Shown here one piece after another: positions 1 to 14,603 of a stretch of DNA of 64,000 nucleotides. A model generated the notes under the pieces. The model was not told where the DNA came from and made no database searches. It worked only from the letters and a program-made list of their open reading frames with translations. Position numbers and translations under genes: made by a program. Source of the stretch: a virus; the IMG/VR virus record IMGVR_UViG_3300045988_127961. One strand, 5' to 3'. The stretch's first letter is position 1. Every line of letters starts with the position of its first letter.

Positions 1-3000
1 CCACTTTAAAGAATACTGCTCGTTGGCAAATTTCTTCAAGTATTTTACATGGTTTTATTGGATCAGTTCAATCTGCGTATTATTATGCTTAGGACTTAAA
101 TGAATCTTTGAATAATATTCGTATTGTTACAGGTCAAAATACTGAATAGATGGCTAAATTTGCTAAATAGGCAAATGCTACAGCCAAGGCTTTAAGTACT
201 ACCACTACAAAATATACTGATGCTGCTTTGATTTATTATCAATAGGGTTTATCTGATGAAGAAGTAAAAGAACGTACTGATATTACAGTAAAAATGGCTA
301 ATGTAGCTCGTGAAAGTGCTGAAACGGTTTCAGATCAAATGACCGCGGTTTGGAATAATTTCTATAATGGAAGTTAGTCATTAGAGCATTATGCCGATGC
401 GATGGTACGTCTAGGTGCTGATACTGCTTCTAGCACTGATGAAATTGCTGGTGGTCTTGAAAAATTCGCAGCTGTTGCTAATACAATTGGTTTAAGTTTT
501 GATAATGCGGCTGCTGCCTTAGCTACTATTACTGCTACTACTCGTCAAAGTGAAGATGTTGTAGGTACTGCTTTAAAAACTATCTTTGCTCGTATTCAAG
601 GTTTAAAGCTTGGGGAAACTCTTGAAGATGGTACTACATTAAATCAATATTCATAGGCTCTCGAAAAAGTTGGAATTAATATTAAAGATTCTAACGGTAA
701 GTTAAAAGATATGGATAATATCATTGAAGAAATGGGTAATAAATGGGGAGCTATTGATAAAGACTAGCAAGTAGCTTTGGCTCAATAGGTTGCTGGTGTT
801 CGTCAATATACTCAATTGATTGCTTTAATGGATAATTTTAATTATTATAAAGAGAATCTTGAAAGAGCATAGAGCGCAGATGGCTCTCTTCAAAAACAAG
901 CAGATATTTATGCTGAGTCTTGGGAAGCTGCCGGAAAAAGAGTTAAAGCAGCAATGGAAACTATATATTCTTCATTATTAAGTGATGAATTTTTTATTGA
1001 TTTGACTGATGGAGTAGGTAGCTTTCTTGAAATTTTAAATGGTGTAATAAAAAGTCTTGGTGGAGTAAAAGGTTTACTTTTAGGAATTACTTCTATTGTT
1101 TTAACTAAAATGCAACCATAGATTACTAAAGGTCTTAGCAATATTAAATATAATATTGATTAGATGACTGGTAAAGAAACACAAAGTGTAGCTAATACTA
1201 AAAAGACTGCGAATTAGATGTTAATAAATTCCGCAGATGTAAATTCTATTTACGGTAAAAATGCTAATAAAGCTTATCAAGAATAGGCAAATCTTTAGAA
1301 TGAGTATATTAGAATAGCTGATAAATTAACAGAAGTACAACAAAAAGAAGCTGCATCGTATTTAGATATTTAGAAAAATTTAATTAAGAATATTGAACTT
1401 AAATCTCAAGAATTAGAAATAAGTGAAAAAGAAGCTTATAAAACTACAAATAGAGCTAAAGGAGATATTTATTCTGGAGATTACACTAAAAATAAACTAA
1501 CTTCTTAGCAAAGATCAGGTATTGATTTATTAATGAATGATTTGGCTTAGTAGAGTAAAGCTTATGCCGAAGTAGAAAGTTACCAATATAATTTAGGAAC
1601 TTAGGGTGAAACAACGGTAAAAGACCTTGAAATATTAAGAAAAAAAATTAATGAATGTAGTATGTCTGCGGAAAAGTTTGGGCTTGCTTATGGAAAAGAA
1701 GGAGCTAAAGCATTTTTAGAATTTGAAAATGCTTTAAAAAATAATAATATTGACAAAGTAGATTAGTCATTAGAAAAATTAAATAATTTAATGACTTAGA
1801 GTGAACCAGTATATAGAGATACTAAAAATATTATTTTAGATTTTGTTACTGCTTTAGGAGCTACCGAAGATCAATATAATGATTTAAGTAAGGTTTTAGA
1901 TAATATTGTTAGTAAAAATCAAAAAGTTGGAGAAACTGAATAGGATTTATCTAATAAACATGTTATTTTAAAGAATTTTACTAAACAAGTAGAAGAAGTA
2001 TTTAAAGAACTATCAGTACAAACAATGTCTGCTTCTCAATCATTTGTTGCTTTTGCTGGAGCTTTATCTTCTGTTGGTATGTTAGTATCATAGATTTAGG
2101 GTATTATAGAAACTTTTAATGATGATACGGTAGACACAAAAGATAAAATTATCAGTATAACAACTTCTTTAGGATTTATGATTCCTATGCTATCTTCTGT
2201 GATTAATAGCTTAAAAGATTCTCGTTTCTTTTTAGGGTCTTTAGGAGCTTAGATGGGAGTAGCTGCTAATGGGGCAGGATTATTAGGTAAGTCATTGGGA
2301 GAGGTTAGTATAGCAGGAACTTAGACGGCCATTTCATTAGGATCAGTTTTAACTGGACTTTCTGGATTATTAGCAGCTATTGTAATAGTAGGAACTGTTA
2401 TTCTTGCCATAAAAGGTGTTATTGATTATGTAAATTAGGCTTCAATTGCTTTAGAAGACGCTACCAAAAACGCAGAAAAAGCTAGTGATGCTTTCAATGA
2501 AGTAAAAACATCTTTTGATTCATTAAAAAATGATATTGAAGATTATTCTTCTATGAAAGATTCACTAGAAACTTTAACAGAAGGCACAAAAGAATGGAAT
2601 GAAGCTTTACAAAAAAATAACGAACAAGTTTCTTAGATGCTTAAAAATTATCCTGAATTAGCTAAATATTTTGATAAAAAATCTAATGGATAGTATTATT
2701 TTACTGATACTGAAGCTGTTGAAAAAATTTATGACAATAAAGTAAAAAATGCTTAGAACGCTGTTAATATGGCAAATGTAGCTAAAGCTAATGCTAACTA
2801 TAATAATGAGAGGATTGCTTCTTTAAGAGATGCTAGTTCTTTTGATACTTATAATAGTTCTGATTTTATGAAAAAAATTGGAAATAGCACAATAGCTGGT
2901 TCTGGTATGGCGGCTATTTTAATGGGGATATTAGGCGGTAGCGCTGCTGGAATAGGAGCTGGTCCAATTGGAGCTTTAGCTGGTGGATTAGCAGGATTAA

Positions 3001-6000
3001 CTGCTGCAATTATAGATAATCAAAAATCGGCAGAAGAAAGTCAACAGGCTATGATTCTTTTACAAGAAGCCTATGAAGAATCTGGCACCTTAGTTTTTTC
3101 TTCTCAAGAAGAATTCACAAAAGCTCTTAAAGATGTAAAAAATGATACTATAGAAGCATTATGGAAAAATGTTGATACTATTTAGGAATAGATTGTAGCT
3201 TTAGATAATAATTCTACGTAGCTAAAGAATTTATTAGAAATGGCTTCTAGTGGATATAATGAAAATAATGAAGATTATAATAAATTAACTGATGAAGAAA
3301 AAGCTCTTGCTGATGCTGTTATTGCTGAAAGAGCTTCAAAAGATATTACTAATTAGACTCAAACATATGTAAATGCTCGTTCTACTGGCACTATGCTATT
3401 ACAAGGAAACGAATAGCAACAAAAATAGTATTTACAAGCAGTTTATGGAGCTGATAGTGAAAATTATCAAATTAAACAAGGTTGGTTCGGAAAATATACC
3501 ATCCAAAAGAGAGATTTGAATGGAACTTGGACTGATTTTAAATCTGGAAAAGCTAATGAACTAGGAGCCGATTATGGTACTTATCTTCTAAATCAATTTA
3601 CATCTGAAGATTCTGATACAATTAATAAATTAACTCAAGTTGGGGATCAAATTAAATCTAAAGATAGTAAAGAAGATTTAAGTGAAAAAATTTTTTAGTT
3701 ACAAAAAGATATTATAGATGGTGTTGGGGTATCTCTAGCTGGTTTTGATGAAGATGTTGTTGAAAATCTTAAAAATAATTTAGGTTAGATCCCTGACGAG
3801 TATAAAAAATAGATAGAAGCAGCTATAGAAGATTATGAAAAGAATTCTTCTGATTATGCAATACAACGATTTGCTGAAAAAGCTGAAGCTGCTAAAGGCA
3901 ATGCAGAAGGTGTTGGAGGGGTTTTAACATCTTTAAATAATGGTGATGATTTATCAACTGAACAAATTGCTTTTTTAGATACACTTAAATAGAAATATAC
4001 TGAATTAAATGATATTAAAGATCAAGGCAGTCATGAATATTTAGCTTTATTGAGAGAAATTTAGGAGCAAGAAGAAACTAATTATTTATAGGCTTTAGAA
4101 GATTCTAGAGATAGTTTATTTAAACAAGCATCTGATTTATCAAAAGAAATAAAAAATAAAGAAAGTGCTTTAAACGATCCAACTCTAAATAAAGATAAAA
4201 AAACTGAATTAGAAATTGAATTACAAGCAAAAACAGATAAATTCAATGAAGTAATGGATAAAATCCAAAACTCCGATTATTCAATTCAAGTTGCTATAGA
4301 TGCTGATTTAAAGTCTGATGTCGATTAGGCTTTTGGATTAGCTGATGAATTTGAAAAATTATAGTCTTATGTGAGTGATGGTTTGACAATTAGCATAGAA
4401 AAAGCATAGTAGATTATTGCTGATGGATATGGAGCAATGCTTACAAATGCTGAAGAGACTGCTGACGGCTAGATTAAATTAAATCAATAGGCAAGAGATT
4501 CTTTTATTGATGATAAACAAGCAGAATTGAATGCTGATAAAGATGCTAAAATTAAATAGTTAGAACTTGAGCGTCAAATGCTTGTTACTAAATAGCAAGC
4601 AACTGAAAAAGCTATTGAAATTTTATAGGGTGGATTAGAAGCAACTACTGCCACTGCTAAAGCAGAAGCTTTAGTTAATGCTGGTTTAGAATCTTAGAAA
4701 GCAGACCAAGCTGTATAGACTGAAGAAATAAAATCAAATGCTGCTGATGCCGGTAATGAAGAAATAGCTTAGGATACTGAAAATTTAGTTAATGATTTAG
4801 GTTTAATGTATTCAGATAATGCTAAAAATCTTGGTAATTCATTTGATGATGCTACAACAAATGCTGAAACATCAGCATCAGCGCAAGTTTCAGCTTGGAA
4901 CTAGGCCCAAAGAGCTGTTGTTGAATACGGTAAAAAAGTAAGAGAAGCCCCAAAAACCACCGGAGATATTTCTTATAATGAAATTAAATTTACGGGGTCT
5001 GGTAAGAAAAGTAAAACAACTGAAAGCACTCCTACTAGCAGTAATTATGCTTATTCTGAATCTACTATTGGAGATACAGTTGATTCAATACTTCGTGAAG
5101 CCGGGAAGCATGAAAGTGGGACAGCATTCTTAGATGAAGCTATTGAAAAGGCTATCGCACAACAATAGTAGAAGCTTGCCGCAGTAAATGCTCAGATTGG
5201 TAGTATTGATGCAGGAATTGCTGCTTTAAAAAGTACTGATGTTTATTTAGATAGATTACAAAAGAATTTAGGAAAAACTTCTAATGAAGTTAAAAAATTA
5301 GCAGAACGTTATCATGAAATAACCCGTGAAATTCAATATCAAGAAAAGCTTTTAGATAAACTATCTAAAACTAAAGATAGAGTTTATGGCAAAGCTAGAA
5401 TTGATAATATCAATTAGGAAATTGAAGCTAATAAAAAATTAGTTGACTTACAAACTAAACTTTATGATTTAGTATTAGCTAATGTTCTTGTAGACTAGCA
5501 AGAAGTTTAGAAACAATTTGGTGGATAGGCAATTTTTAATAAAGAAACATTAGAAATTGATAATTATACTGCTTTATATAATAAAGCTACTACTGATAAA
5601 TAGAGAGAAGCTTTAGAACAATATGAAGAGACTTTAGATAAATTAAAAGAACAAGAGGAAGTTTTAATTGATTTAAAGAATACTATTCAAGATTTACATT
5701 ATGAAAAATTAACTTATGAAGTTGAAGTAAAAATTCAATTAGATGAAAATGATACTAAGAAATTAGAATATTATTTTGATAAATTAAGTGATAATATTTA
5801 TAAAGCAGTTGAAGCTCTTGGATATTTACAAGGTCAATTCGATCCAGTAATTAGTCAATTAGGAACTTATGAAAACTTCTATGGCTAGTTAAACAATGCT
5901 TATTCTAATGGAGAAATTTCTCAAGAAAATTATATCGAAGGTTTACAAGATGTGTATGATAACACATTAGATAATTTAAATGCTTTGTAGGATTTAGACA

Positions 6001-8078
6001 AAGAAATGCTTGAATACTATGGTAATACTATAGATTTAGCAAATGATGAATTATCTAAATATACAGATCATATGGAGCATTTGACTAGTGTATTAGATCA
6101 TTATCGTTCTATTATTACTTTGTTAGGTAAGGATAAAGATTATGATAAAGTTTTATCAGTTTTGAATGGAACTGCTTAGACTAAGAAAAATAATTTTGAT
6201 GCTTCTAAACAATGGTATGAAAGCTTGAAGCATGAGCGCGATGCAGCGGCCGCTGCTTTAGCCAGTTCAACTGATGAGGCTGAACGCGAAGTGCTTCAAA
6301 AGAATTATGATGCTATATTAGCTGCATTTGATGAAGCGGAAGAGGATATGCTTTCTAAAGCTGAAGAATATGGCGAAGCATTAAAAGAAATTCTTACCAC
6401 AAAGATGGAACAAGCTGCGGATGAAATGAATAAGCAATTAAGTACTACCAAAGTGAGTATTAATGGTAATAACTTTAATATTTCTGGTTGGGATGCTTTA
6501 AATGATGCTTTGGATAGAATGTCTTCTTATCAAGATGAATATTTAACAAAAACTAATTAGATTTATGAAATGAATAAATTGCTTAATAATGTTAATTAGG
6601 CTATTGATAAGACAAATAATCAAGCAGCTAAAAATAGATACCAGCAATTTACTAAAGAGATTGAATAGCTAAAAGATAAAGATAAATTAAGTCAATTAGA
6701 ATTAGAAATTGCTTAGGCTAAATATAAAGTGCTTGAAGCACAAATCGCATTAGAAGAAGCTCAAAACGCAAAGTCTACAGTTAGATTGCAACGTGATAAT
6801 GAAGGTAATTTTGGTTATGTGTATACCGCAGACCAAGAGAAAGTAAATGACGCACAATAGGCTTTGGCGGATGCGGAAAATGATTTGTATAATATTCGTC
6901 TTAATGCGACAAACAAATATGGTCAACAAAAACTTCAATATGAGAAAGAGTTGGCTGAAAAGCTTGCAGAACTCGATTAGAAGGCCGCGGAAGATGCCGT
7001 TTACCGCGAGACTACATATCAGCAAGAACGCGCGCTAGTAATTCAACAATATACCGATTTAATTACTACTGCTGGAAATCTTTATGCAAAAGCGCAAGAA
7101 GAGGATAGCAGAGTCGTTCAAGACGCTTGGGTAAATTCTTTTGATATTATCAAAGATAATAGTAATAATTGGAAAGATACTATTACTGAAAACACTAATA
7201 TTATCAATGATACATTTAAAGAATGGCAAGACAGTATGGATGAAATTAGTAAAATTGTTGGTGATGATTTAAAAGATACTCAATAGAAAGTTAAAGATGT
7301 TACTGATGAAAGTAATAAACTTTATCAAGAAGTATCTAATAGAGTTATTCCTGCTCTTGAAAGCGAGTTAAGTTCTGTTCGTAGTGCTACTGAAGCTTGG
7401 GCACAACATCGTCAGCAATTACTTGATACTATTAGAGCTTATGAAGAGCTTTTAAACGCCATTCAAGCGACATTGCGTGCTTAGAGTGGATTCGGTAGCG
7501 ATAGTGGTGGAGATACTGACTGGGCGGCCATGATGGGCACTGTGGCTTATGGCTCCGCGCAATATAATCAATATAAAAGAAACCGCGAAGAAAAAATTGC
7601 TAATGGTGGTAGTATTAATGAAGATACTACGGCTCGAGTTGATGCATATTATAAATTGCTAAGTGAAGGAAAAATCTCTGGTAAACTTCCTAATGGTAAA
7701 TATAGTTTTACTTAGCTTACTGATTAGGAGTGGAGAGATTTAGTCGGATTTAGAAGTGGTGGTTACACTGGCACTTGGAATGATGACGGAAAATTAGCAT
7801 TCTTACATTAGAAAGAATTAGTTCTTAATGCTGATGACACGGAAAATATGTTAGCCTCTATCCAATTAGTTAGATAGATCGCAAAACAATTAGATTTCAA
7901 TAGTCAACAAATCTCCACTCTTTCTTCTTCTGGATTTACTGTTAGTTCTCAAGATGGAACATTAGAATAGAATGTTAAAATTGAAGCTAGTTTCCCGAAC
8001 GCGACTGATAGATACGAAATTCAAGAAGCATTTAATACATTAGTTAATGTAGCTTCTCAGTATGCCAATAGAAAATAA
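1..8078 (+). CDS. Tail tape measure protein, 5'-partial (more than 2690 codons in window). Read in frame 0 with dozens of in-frame TAG codons taken as sense. Stop is TAA at 8076-8078.
   Basis: Continuous frame-0 reading from nt 3 to 8075 contains only TAG as apparent stops (e.g. 90-92, 147-149, 168-170, 243-245, 375-377, 654-656). All ORF-track fragments (402, 2769, 3516, 6225, 7530) share frame 0. The TP901/TMP-like motif MVRLGADTASSTDEIAGGLEKFAAVANTIGLSFDNAAAALATITATTRQSEDVVGTALKTIFARIQG is present. There are Gly-rich hydrophobic segments (e.g. 2200-2420) and long coiled-coil Q/E/K-rich stretches. A rho-independent terminator follows. Confidence 0.85.
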
Positions 8079-8084
8079 AATTAA

Positions 8085-8120
8085 GGGTGAAGTCTTATAG
8101 GCTTCACCCTTTTTCTTTTT
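8085..8120 (+). terminator. Rho-independent terminator after the TMP gene
   Basis: GGGTGAAG...CTTCACCC stem followed by TTTTTCTTTTT. Confidence 0.7.
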
Positions 8121-8193
8121 GGGTAATTATATTGAATAAAACTAATTAATTTTTTAGAAAATTATAGAGTAATGAGTAAAAGGAGGGATTATT

Positions 8194-11100
8194 TTGGCTG
8201 ATAACGCACTAAATATTCAAGAAAGTTTATGTCAAGCAATGAGTATTATTGCTAATTCAAGTGTTGACAAAGTTAAATTTGATAGTACCATTGAATGTAC
8301 TATTATTGATGCGACTGATAAACTTATTGGTAAGTATAAGGTCAAAAATGAATCTTATGCGGAATTTTATGCTTATTCCCAAATAACCACTTATAACAAA
8401 GGTGATAAAGTGTATGTATAGATTCCGAAAGGAGATTATAATAGCACTAAATTTATTGTCGGCAAAAAGACAGATAAAAATGAAGATAAACCATATAATT
8501 TTGTTAATCCTTTTAATACTTTTATTGATTTAACTGGCAATTTTTTTATTGCCAAAGATAATAATAAAGAGATTTGGAGTATCTTAGCTAATGGCAATGA
8601 AGAAGAAATTGAGATTACTCCAAATGGTGGAATTACCTTTACTGATGAGCAATAGGGATTTACGCGGTTGGGGTTGCGTGCCGATTTCCGCGCCTGGCTT
8701 GAAACACTCGGTGTAATAAGTGGTAATTATGGATTAAAAATAAATATATATGGTATTAAAGATGATACTGCGGATAATATTAAAAAAATAGAAGCAAGTA
8801 TCAAAAATAATGGAGAAACCCCTTTAATCGCATCCATTGATTTAGATACTAATGACATGTATGGCAATCCCTATAATTTTGAAGGATATTATTCTCAAGA
8901 AATTGTTATTGATACTAGCGCAGTAGCTAAAATATATAATATAAAAATATTTTTATATCAAAAAGATAATTTTAAAGATAGTAATAATAATTTAATTAGT
9001 TATGCCAATGATTTCAATATGTCAATTCCGCCTAATAATATCTTTGTAAAAGATATATATATGGGATTAGGTATTTCCGCAGATGAAATAGAAAATGAAT
9101 ATGTAAGACTGTATTCATTAGATGGAAGTACTTATGTAATTGATGATAAAGGTTAGATTGATTCTAAAACTATTAAATTGAAATGGGTTCATTTTGATGA
9201 AGATGGCAATAGAACTCAAATAACTGAACATAAAAAAGAAGATACATTTGAAGTTCGCTGGTATGCGTATGAATTTGGAGCACCTTCCGCGGACGAATAT
9301 TCTGGTGTCTATTGGACTGCGATTGAAGATAATAAAAATAATTTTTATTATTAGCTAAAACCGCGCTCTAATAAAAATCAAGAATAGGTTAAAGTAATTA
9401 TTTTATATAATGGAAAAGTTTATAGAAGTAATATAATTACTTTTAATAATGAAAAACAAGTTCCTAATGATGCGACTATTGATAGTTTAAATGCTTTGTC
9501 TATTCACTGTGAAGATTAGACTAATGGTAATTATTTAATTTATAATTAGGCTAATTATTTGATGAATAGATCAGATGGAAAGATTAGTCGTAAATTAACT
9601 TTGCATTTTGATTCTAAGACTTATGCTATTAATAATGGTATAATTGGTAAAAATTAGGATGGAGAAAGTAAATTAGTTGAAGCTTAGAGAGTAATTTGGC
9701 AAATTCCTATTAAAAATACTATGCTTAATTTTGGTATTAAAGATGATGGAACTGATGCTACTTATAAAGAAATTATTATTGATTTAACTAATGAAAACGT
9801 CAATGTTTCTCCTGGAGAATTTTCTTTAAATTATACTATTAATACTTTTTATAGTAGTAATAAATCTAATAATACCGTAATTGCTAAAGTAGAAAAAGAT
9901 GGTATTGTTTATACCTCCATTAAAGATTTCACTTTTGGATAGGTAGGAACTAATGGCACTGATTGTACTTTGGTAATTGATATGATAGCTCACGAGAATT
10001 TAAATAATAAAGTATTTACTGCTATAAAAAGTGGAGTAAGAGATAATTATACTTTTAGAGCTTAGTTATATGATAATGAAGGTAAAGAAATTACTAATTT
10101 TGAAAAATGTAATTGGACTTGGAGTTTTATGGCTGGATCAACGGTTAATAATGTTGATTTATAGAATACTAATAATTAGAATTGTGTGTTAAGAGTTAAT
10201 ACTACAAACTCTATAATGAGTAATTTAATTATTTTGTAGGTAAAATTATCTGGTTGGGGAGACTATGATTTAACTGCTTACTATCCAGTTCCTATTACAA
10301 CTTTAGATAATACTTATATGAATGGTCCAACAGAGGTAATTTATTTAAGTAATGGTGAACCTACATTTTCTAAAGAGCCTTATAAATTATTTGTAAATGG
10401 CGAAGTAGATGAAATTGCGACTTGGAGTATTTATTCTAGTAATTCTAATGATGCTTTTATCGGTAAGATTAATTATAATGAAGATAAAAAAGAGTATAGA
10501 TTAAGTCCTATGAGTTTTTATGTTGATGGAGTAAGCGTTTATGGAGTCCAAGGAAAATAGGGAAATAAGATAGTTTGGACGTAGCCTATTTTAGTATTAT
10601 AGAATAAATATCCATCTGCTATGGTAAATAAATGGGATGGAAAATTTTATACTGATGTAGAAAATAATTTTTTAGGTGTAGCTTAGATTGCTGCAGGTAA
10701 AAAAGATAAAAATGCTAATACTTTTACCGGAGTATTAATAGGTGATTTTGGAACAAAACAAAATGCAGATTCAAGTATTTCTTATAATACTGGGGTTTAT
10801 GGATATAATAATGGATATCAAGTTTATGCTTTAAAAGATGACGGAACTGCTACTTTTGGTAAATCTAGCACAGGATAGATTATAATTAATGGAACTTCAA
10901 GTATTATAGAATCTAAAGATTTTGAATATACTTATAATGAGTCTGGAGCTAGTGTAATAACAGGGTTAAGTTTAGATTTATTAAATGGTAAAATTTATGC
11001 TTAGTCTGGTACTTTTAGTGATAATATTAAAATTAATTATAATGGTTCTACGGGATAGCCTTGGTATATTTAGTATGGAGCGGGAGAAAAATCATTAAGT

Positions 11101-11511
11101 GATATATTAAATGCAATTGGTAGCGCTGCTGCTGAAGCTAAAAGTGCCGCTAGTGCGGCGGGGGCTGCTGCTACTAAAGCTCAATAGGCAGCAGATGCAG
11201 CCGCGGATGTAGCGGAAACAGCTGCTTCAATTTCTATAGTAGCTAGCAATGCTGCGTCTAATGCATAGAGTGCGGTAGATGATTTAAGTTATTTATCAAA
11301 AATTTTGAATTATAAAAATAGTAGTAATATTTATTTAGGTCCTTCTGTTGAATATTCTTCTACTCCCAATTTAACTATTTTTAATGGCACAATTGGCTTA
11401 ATGGGAGGAACTGGTAATTATCTTAATGTGACTGATAGGTCTATCTATTTACAAGGTCCCGTTGTAATAAATGGTTCATTGACTCTCAATGGAAAAGAAA
11501 TAACAGGTTAA
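8194..11511 (+). CDS. Large tail structural protein (1105 aa, TTG start). The position after the TMP suggests a distal-tail or baseplate component. TAG-recoded.
   Basis: RBS AAAGGAGGG 6 nt upstream of TTG. Frame-1 ORF fragments 8194, 8668, 9721, 10318 and 11305 are joined only by TAG codons. Ala/Gln-rich coiled segment near the C-terminus. TAA stop at 11509. Confidence 0.55.
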
Positions 11512-11533
11512 ATTAAAAAGGAGAAAAAGGAAA

Positions 11534-11710
11534 ATGAAAGAACAAGATATTAATTTTTTAAAAGTTTTATACAATACTCTTTCTTTAGTATCAACTAAAG
11601 GAGAAGATACTATTCTTATGGGAGAGTGTTTAAAACAATTAAGAGATTTTACAAATAGATTAGTAGATCTTCAAGAGGAGAAGAATAACGAGAATAATTA
11701 GGAGGGATAA
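11534..11710 (+). CDS. Small hypothetical protein (58 aa) with one in-frame TAG
   Basis: ATG preceded by a purine-rich RBS-like stretch. Ends with TAA just before the RBS of the next gene. Confidence 0.3.
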
Positions 11711-11711
11711 A

Positions 11712-14603
11712 ATGGTTAATAAATTATATCCACCTATTATATCTGGAACTTTACCAGCATTTGTTGGATAGGAAATTACTATTCCATTTCAAATGAATCG
11801 TGCAGTTAGTATGGTAGAAGTTTCAGGATTATGTTATATAATTAAAACAGTGTCAAGCAATGTCGTAATTGCTTAGGGAACAACCGCGGATTTTACTCCA
11901 AGCAAAGTCCGCGGTTGTTTGGAACAAGGTTCTATTACTTTTAATATAAATCTTAAATCAATTACTAATAATGGAAAACCTATTCAATATAAATTAAATC
12001 CAGGATAGTCTTACAAAATTCAGTTAGCATATATTAATACTAATGGAGTAGTTGGATATTATTCTACGGTTGGTATTGCTAAATGCACGACTAAGCCCGC
12101 AGTTTATATAAAAGGTTTTGAAGATAATTTAGTAGGAATAAATAAAACAAATTTTATTGGAGTATATAGCCAAAAAGAAAAAAATGATGATATTACTGAA
12201 AAAGTTTATTCATATAGATTTAAAGTGTATGATGAAAATGGTAATATTTTTGCTGATAGTGGAGAGCAATTACATAATTCAATTAATGACACGGAATTAA
12301 ATGAAAGTTATGATAGTTTTGAATTAAATAAAGAATTACAAAAAAATAAAAATTATTTTATTCAATATTCTATAACTACTATTAATAACTATGAAGCAGA
12401 GAGTGTTAGATACCAAATCATTAATAGAGAAACTATTAATCCAGAATTACAAGCAACCCTTTCCGCTACTATGGATGAAAATAATGGATATGTAAAAATT
12501 AATTTAAATGGAATCCGCGATAAAAAAACAGGGTTAGAAATTCCTGCTACTGGGGCTTTTGCTTTATTAAGAGCCAGTAGCGAAGATGATTTCAATACTT
12601 GGAATACAGTATTAAAATTTAAATTAGTTGGTGAAACTCCATCAAGAGAATTATATAGAGATTTTACTGTCGAGCATGGGTTTAGTTATCAATATGCGGT
12701 TCAGCAATATAGCGACGAAACTGCGGTCCGCAGCAATAAAATCTTTTCTAATACTGTATATAGTATTTTTGAAGATAGTTTTTTATATAATAATGGATAG
12801 TTATTAAAAATAAGATTTAATCCAAAAGTAAGCAATTTTAAAATTAATACCCTTGAAAGTAAAACTGATACTATTGGAAGCCAATATCCTTATATTTTTA
12901 GGAATGGAAATACTTATTATCACGAATTTCCTATAAGTGGTTTAATTTCTTACCTTATGGATGAAGACCATTTATTTATAGGTAAATTAGGCGATGATGA
13001 AATTAAAGATTTTACATCAACTGATTTAACTAACTATAATATTAATATAGAACGTCAATTTAAAACTAAGGCTTTAGAATTTTTAACTGATGGAGAACCT
13101 AAATTATTTAAATCTCCAACAGAAGGAAACTTTATTGTGCGTTTGTTAAATGTAAGTTTAAGCCCTGAAGATAAATTAGGACGTATGCTTCATACATTTA
13201 GTGGAACTGCATATGAGATTGATAAAGTTAGTTTTGATAATCTTACTACTTATGGATTTATTGACGCGGACCCGCCCGAGAGCGAAATTCTTAAATGGGA
13301 TAGTATTTCTTTTGATGGATGGTATAAAATTAATGGGTATATTAATGATGTAAATACCTATATTGATAATTTGAAAGATGAAAATCTGACTTAGGTAGAA
13401 ATTAATAAATTACAAGCAAATAAACAAACTTGTTTAGATAATTTATTACAAACATTAAGTTTTTATCCTATGTTTGAATTACTTTATGACGGAGATCATT
13501 ATAGTTTATAGACCAAAGATATTTTAGCTAATTCTCCTGCGATAACGATTCGATTTGAAGGTTTTGCTCCTGGAGATAAGTTCAGCATTGATGGAGAAGA
13601 AATTGTTATTGGTATTACAGGAGCTTATTTAATAGATCATGTTGCTCCAATCTATAGTGTTAAAGTAGTAGAATTATCTGACGTGGGCTTATAGCAAGGA
13701 ACTATTGTATATTCTTATTATGGCAAGCAGGCAAGTAAGTTTGATACTATTAATGATATTCAAGTTGCGGATTTACCTTTAGAGCAATATTATGGAACTG
13801 AAGGTAATATTTTAAATCTTTATAATGATGATTTTAAATACAAAGTAACATAGATTTATTTCTTGCGTTTTACTAAGCGTGATGTATAGAAATTATATAC
13901 AAGTAATAAAGTTAATTTTTATACTACTCCCGGCAGAGCAATTAGTGAAGAAGAAGGAGAAAAAGATCATTCTGTAGAAATTAAACGTGTAGATTTTGAT
14001 CCTACCTTAATTTATCATATCTATTTAGTAAGTCAAACTGAAGAACAAGATTATTATATTGATGGATATACTAAGAAAGAAATTTATGATTCTGGCGTAT
14101 TAGTTAGTGAAAAGAATTGGGCTTGTAATATTAGAATAAATGAAGATGATAAACAAATTATTGGTATTGATTAGAAGAATGAATATTAGATTAAAGACTT
14201 AACTGATATTACTTCTATTGAAATCGATCCAGGCGTTTTATGCGAATTATCAGTTCAACGTCAAGAAGTAGTTTACTCTTTTGAAAATGATAATCAAACT
14301 ACTTATAGAATTTTTAATGGTTAGAATTATACTACAACTACAATTTATCAATTAAAGCAAAATTGGTTAAGGGCTAAGAAGGCTTTAAAAGATTTTAAAG
14401 AATTAGAGCAAGATAAAAGCAATCCTGATTTTACTAAAGATGATCCATTTTATAATGTAAATTAGAGTAATATTTAGACTTGTATAAAAAATTATAATAA
14501 TAAAGTAGCAGAATTACAAAAGATAGTTGATGAAACATATACTTTATTTATTGATACTTTAAGAAAGGCGGTAGAGGATTATGAAGACTCAAAGACAATA
14601 TGA
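11712..14603 (+). CDS. Tail or baseplate structural protein (963 aa), TAG-recoded
   Basis: ATG at 11712 after GGAGGG. Frame-0 fragments 12225 and 12957 are joined by TAG. TGA stop at 14601 overlaps the next start. Confidence 0.55.
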
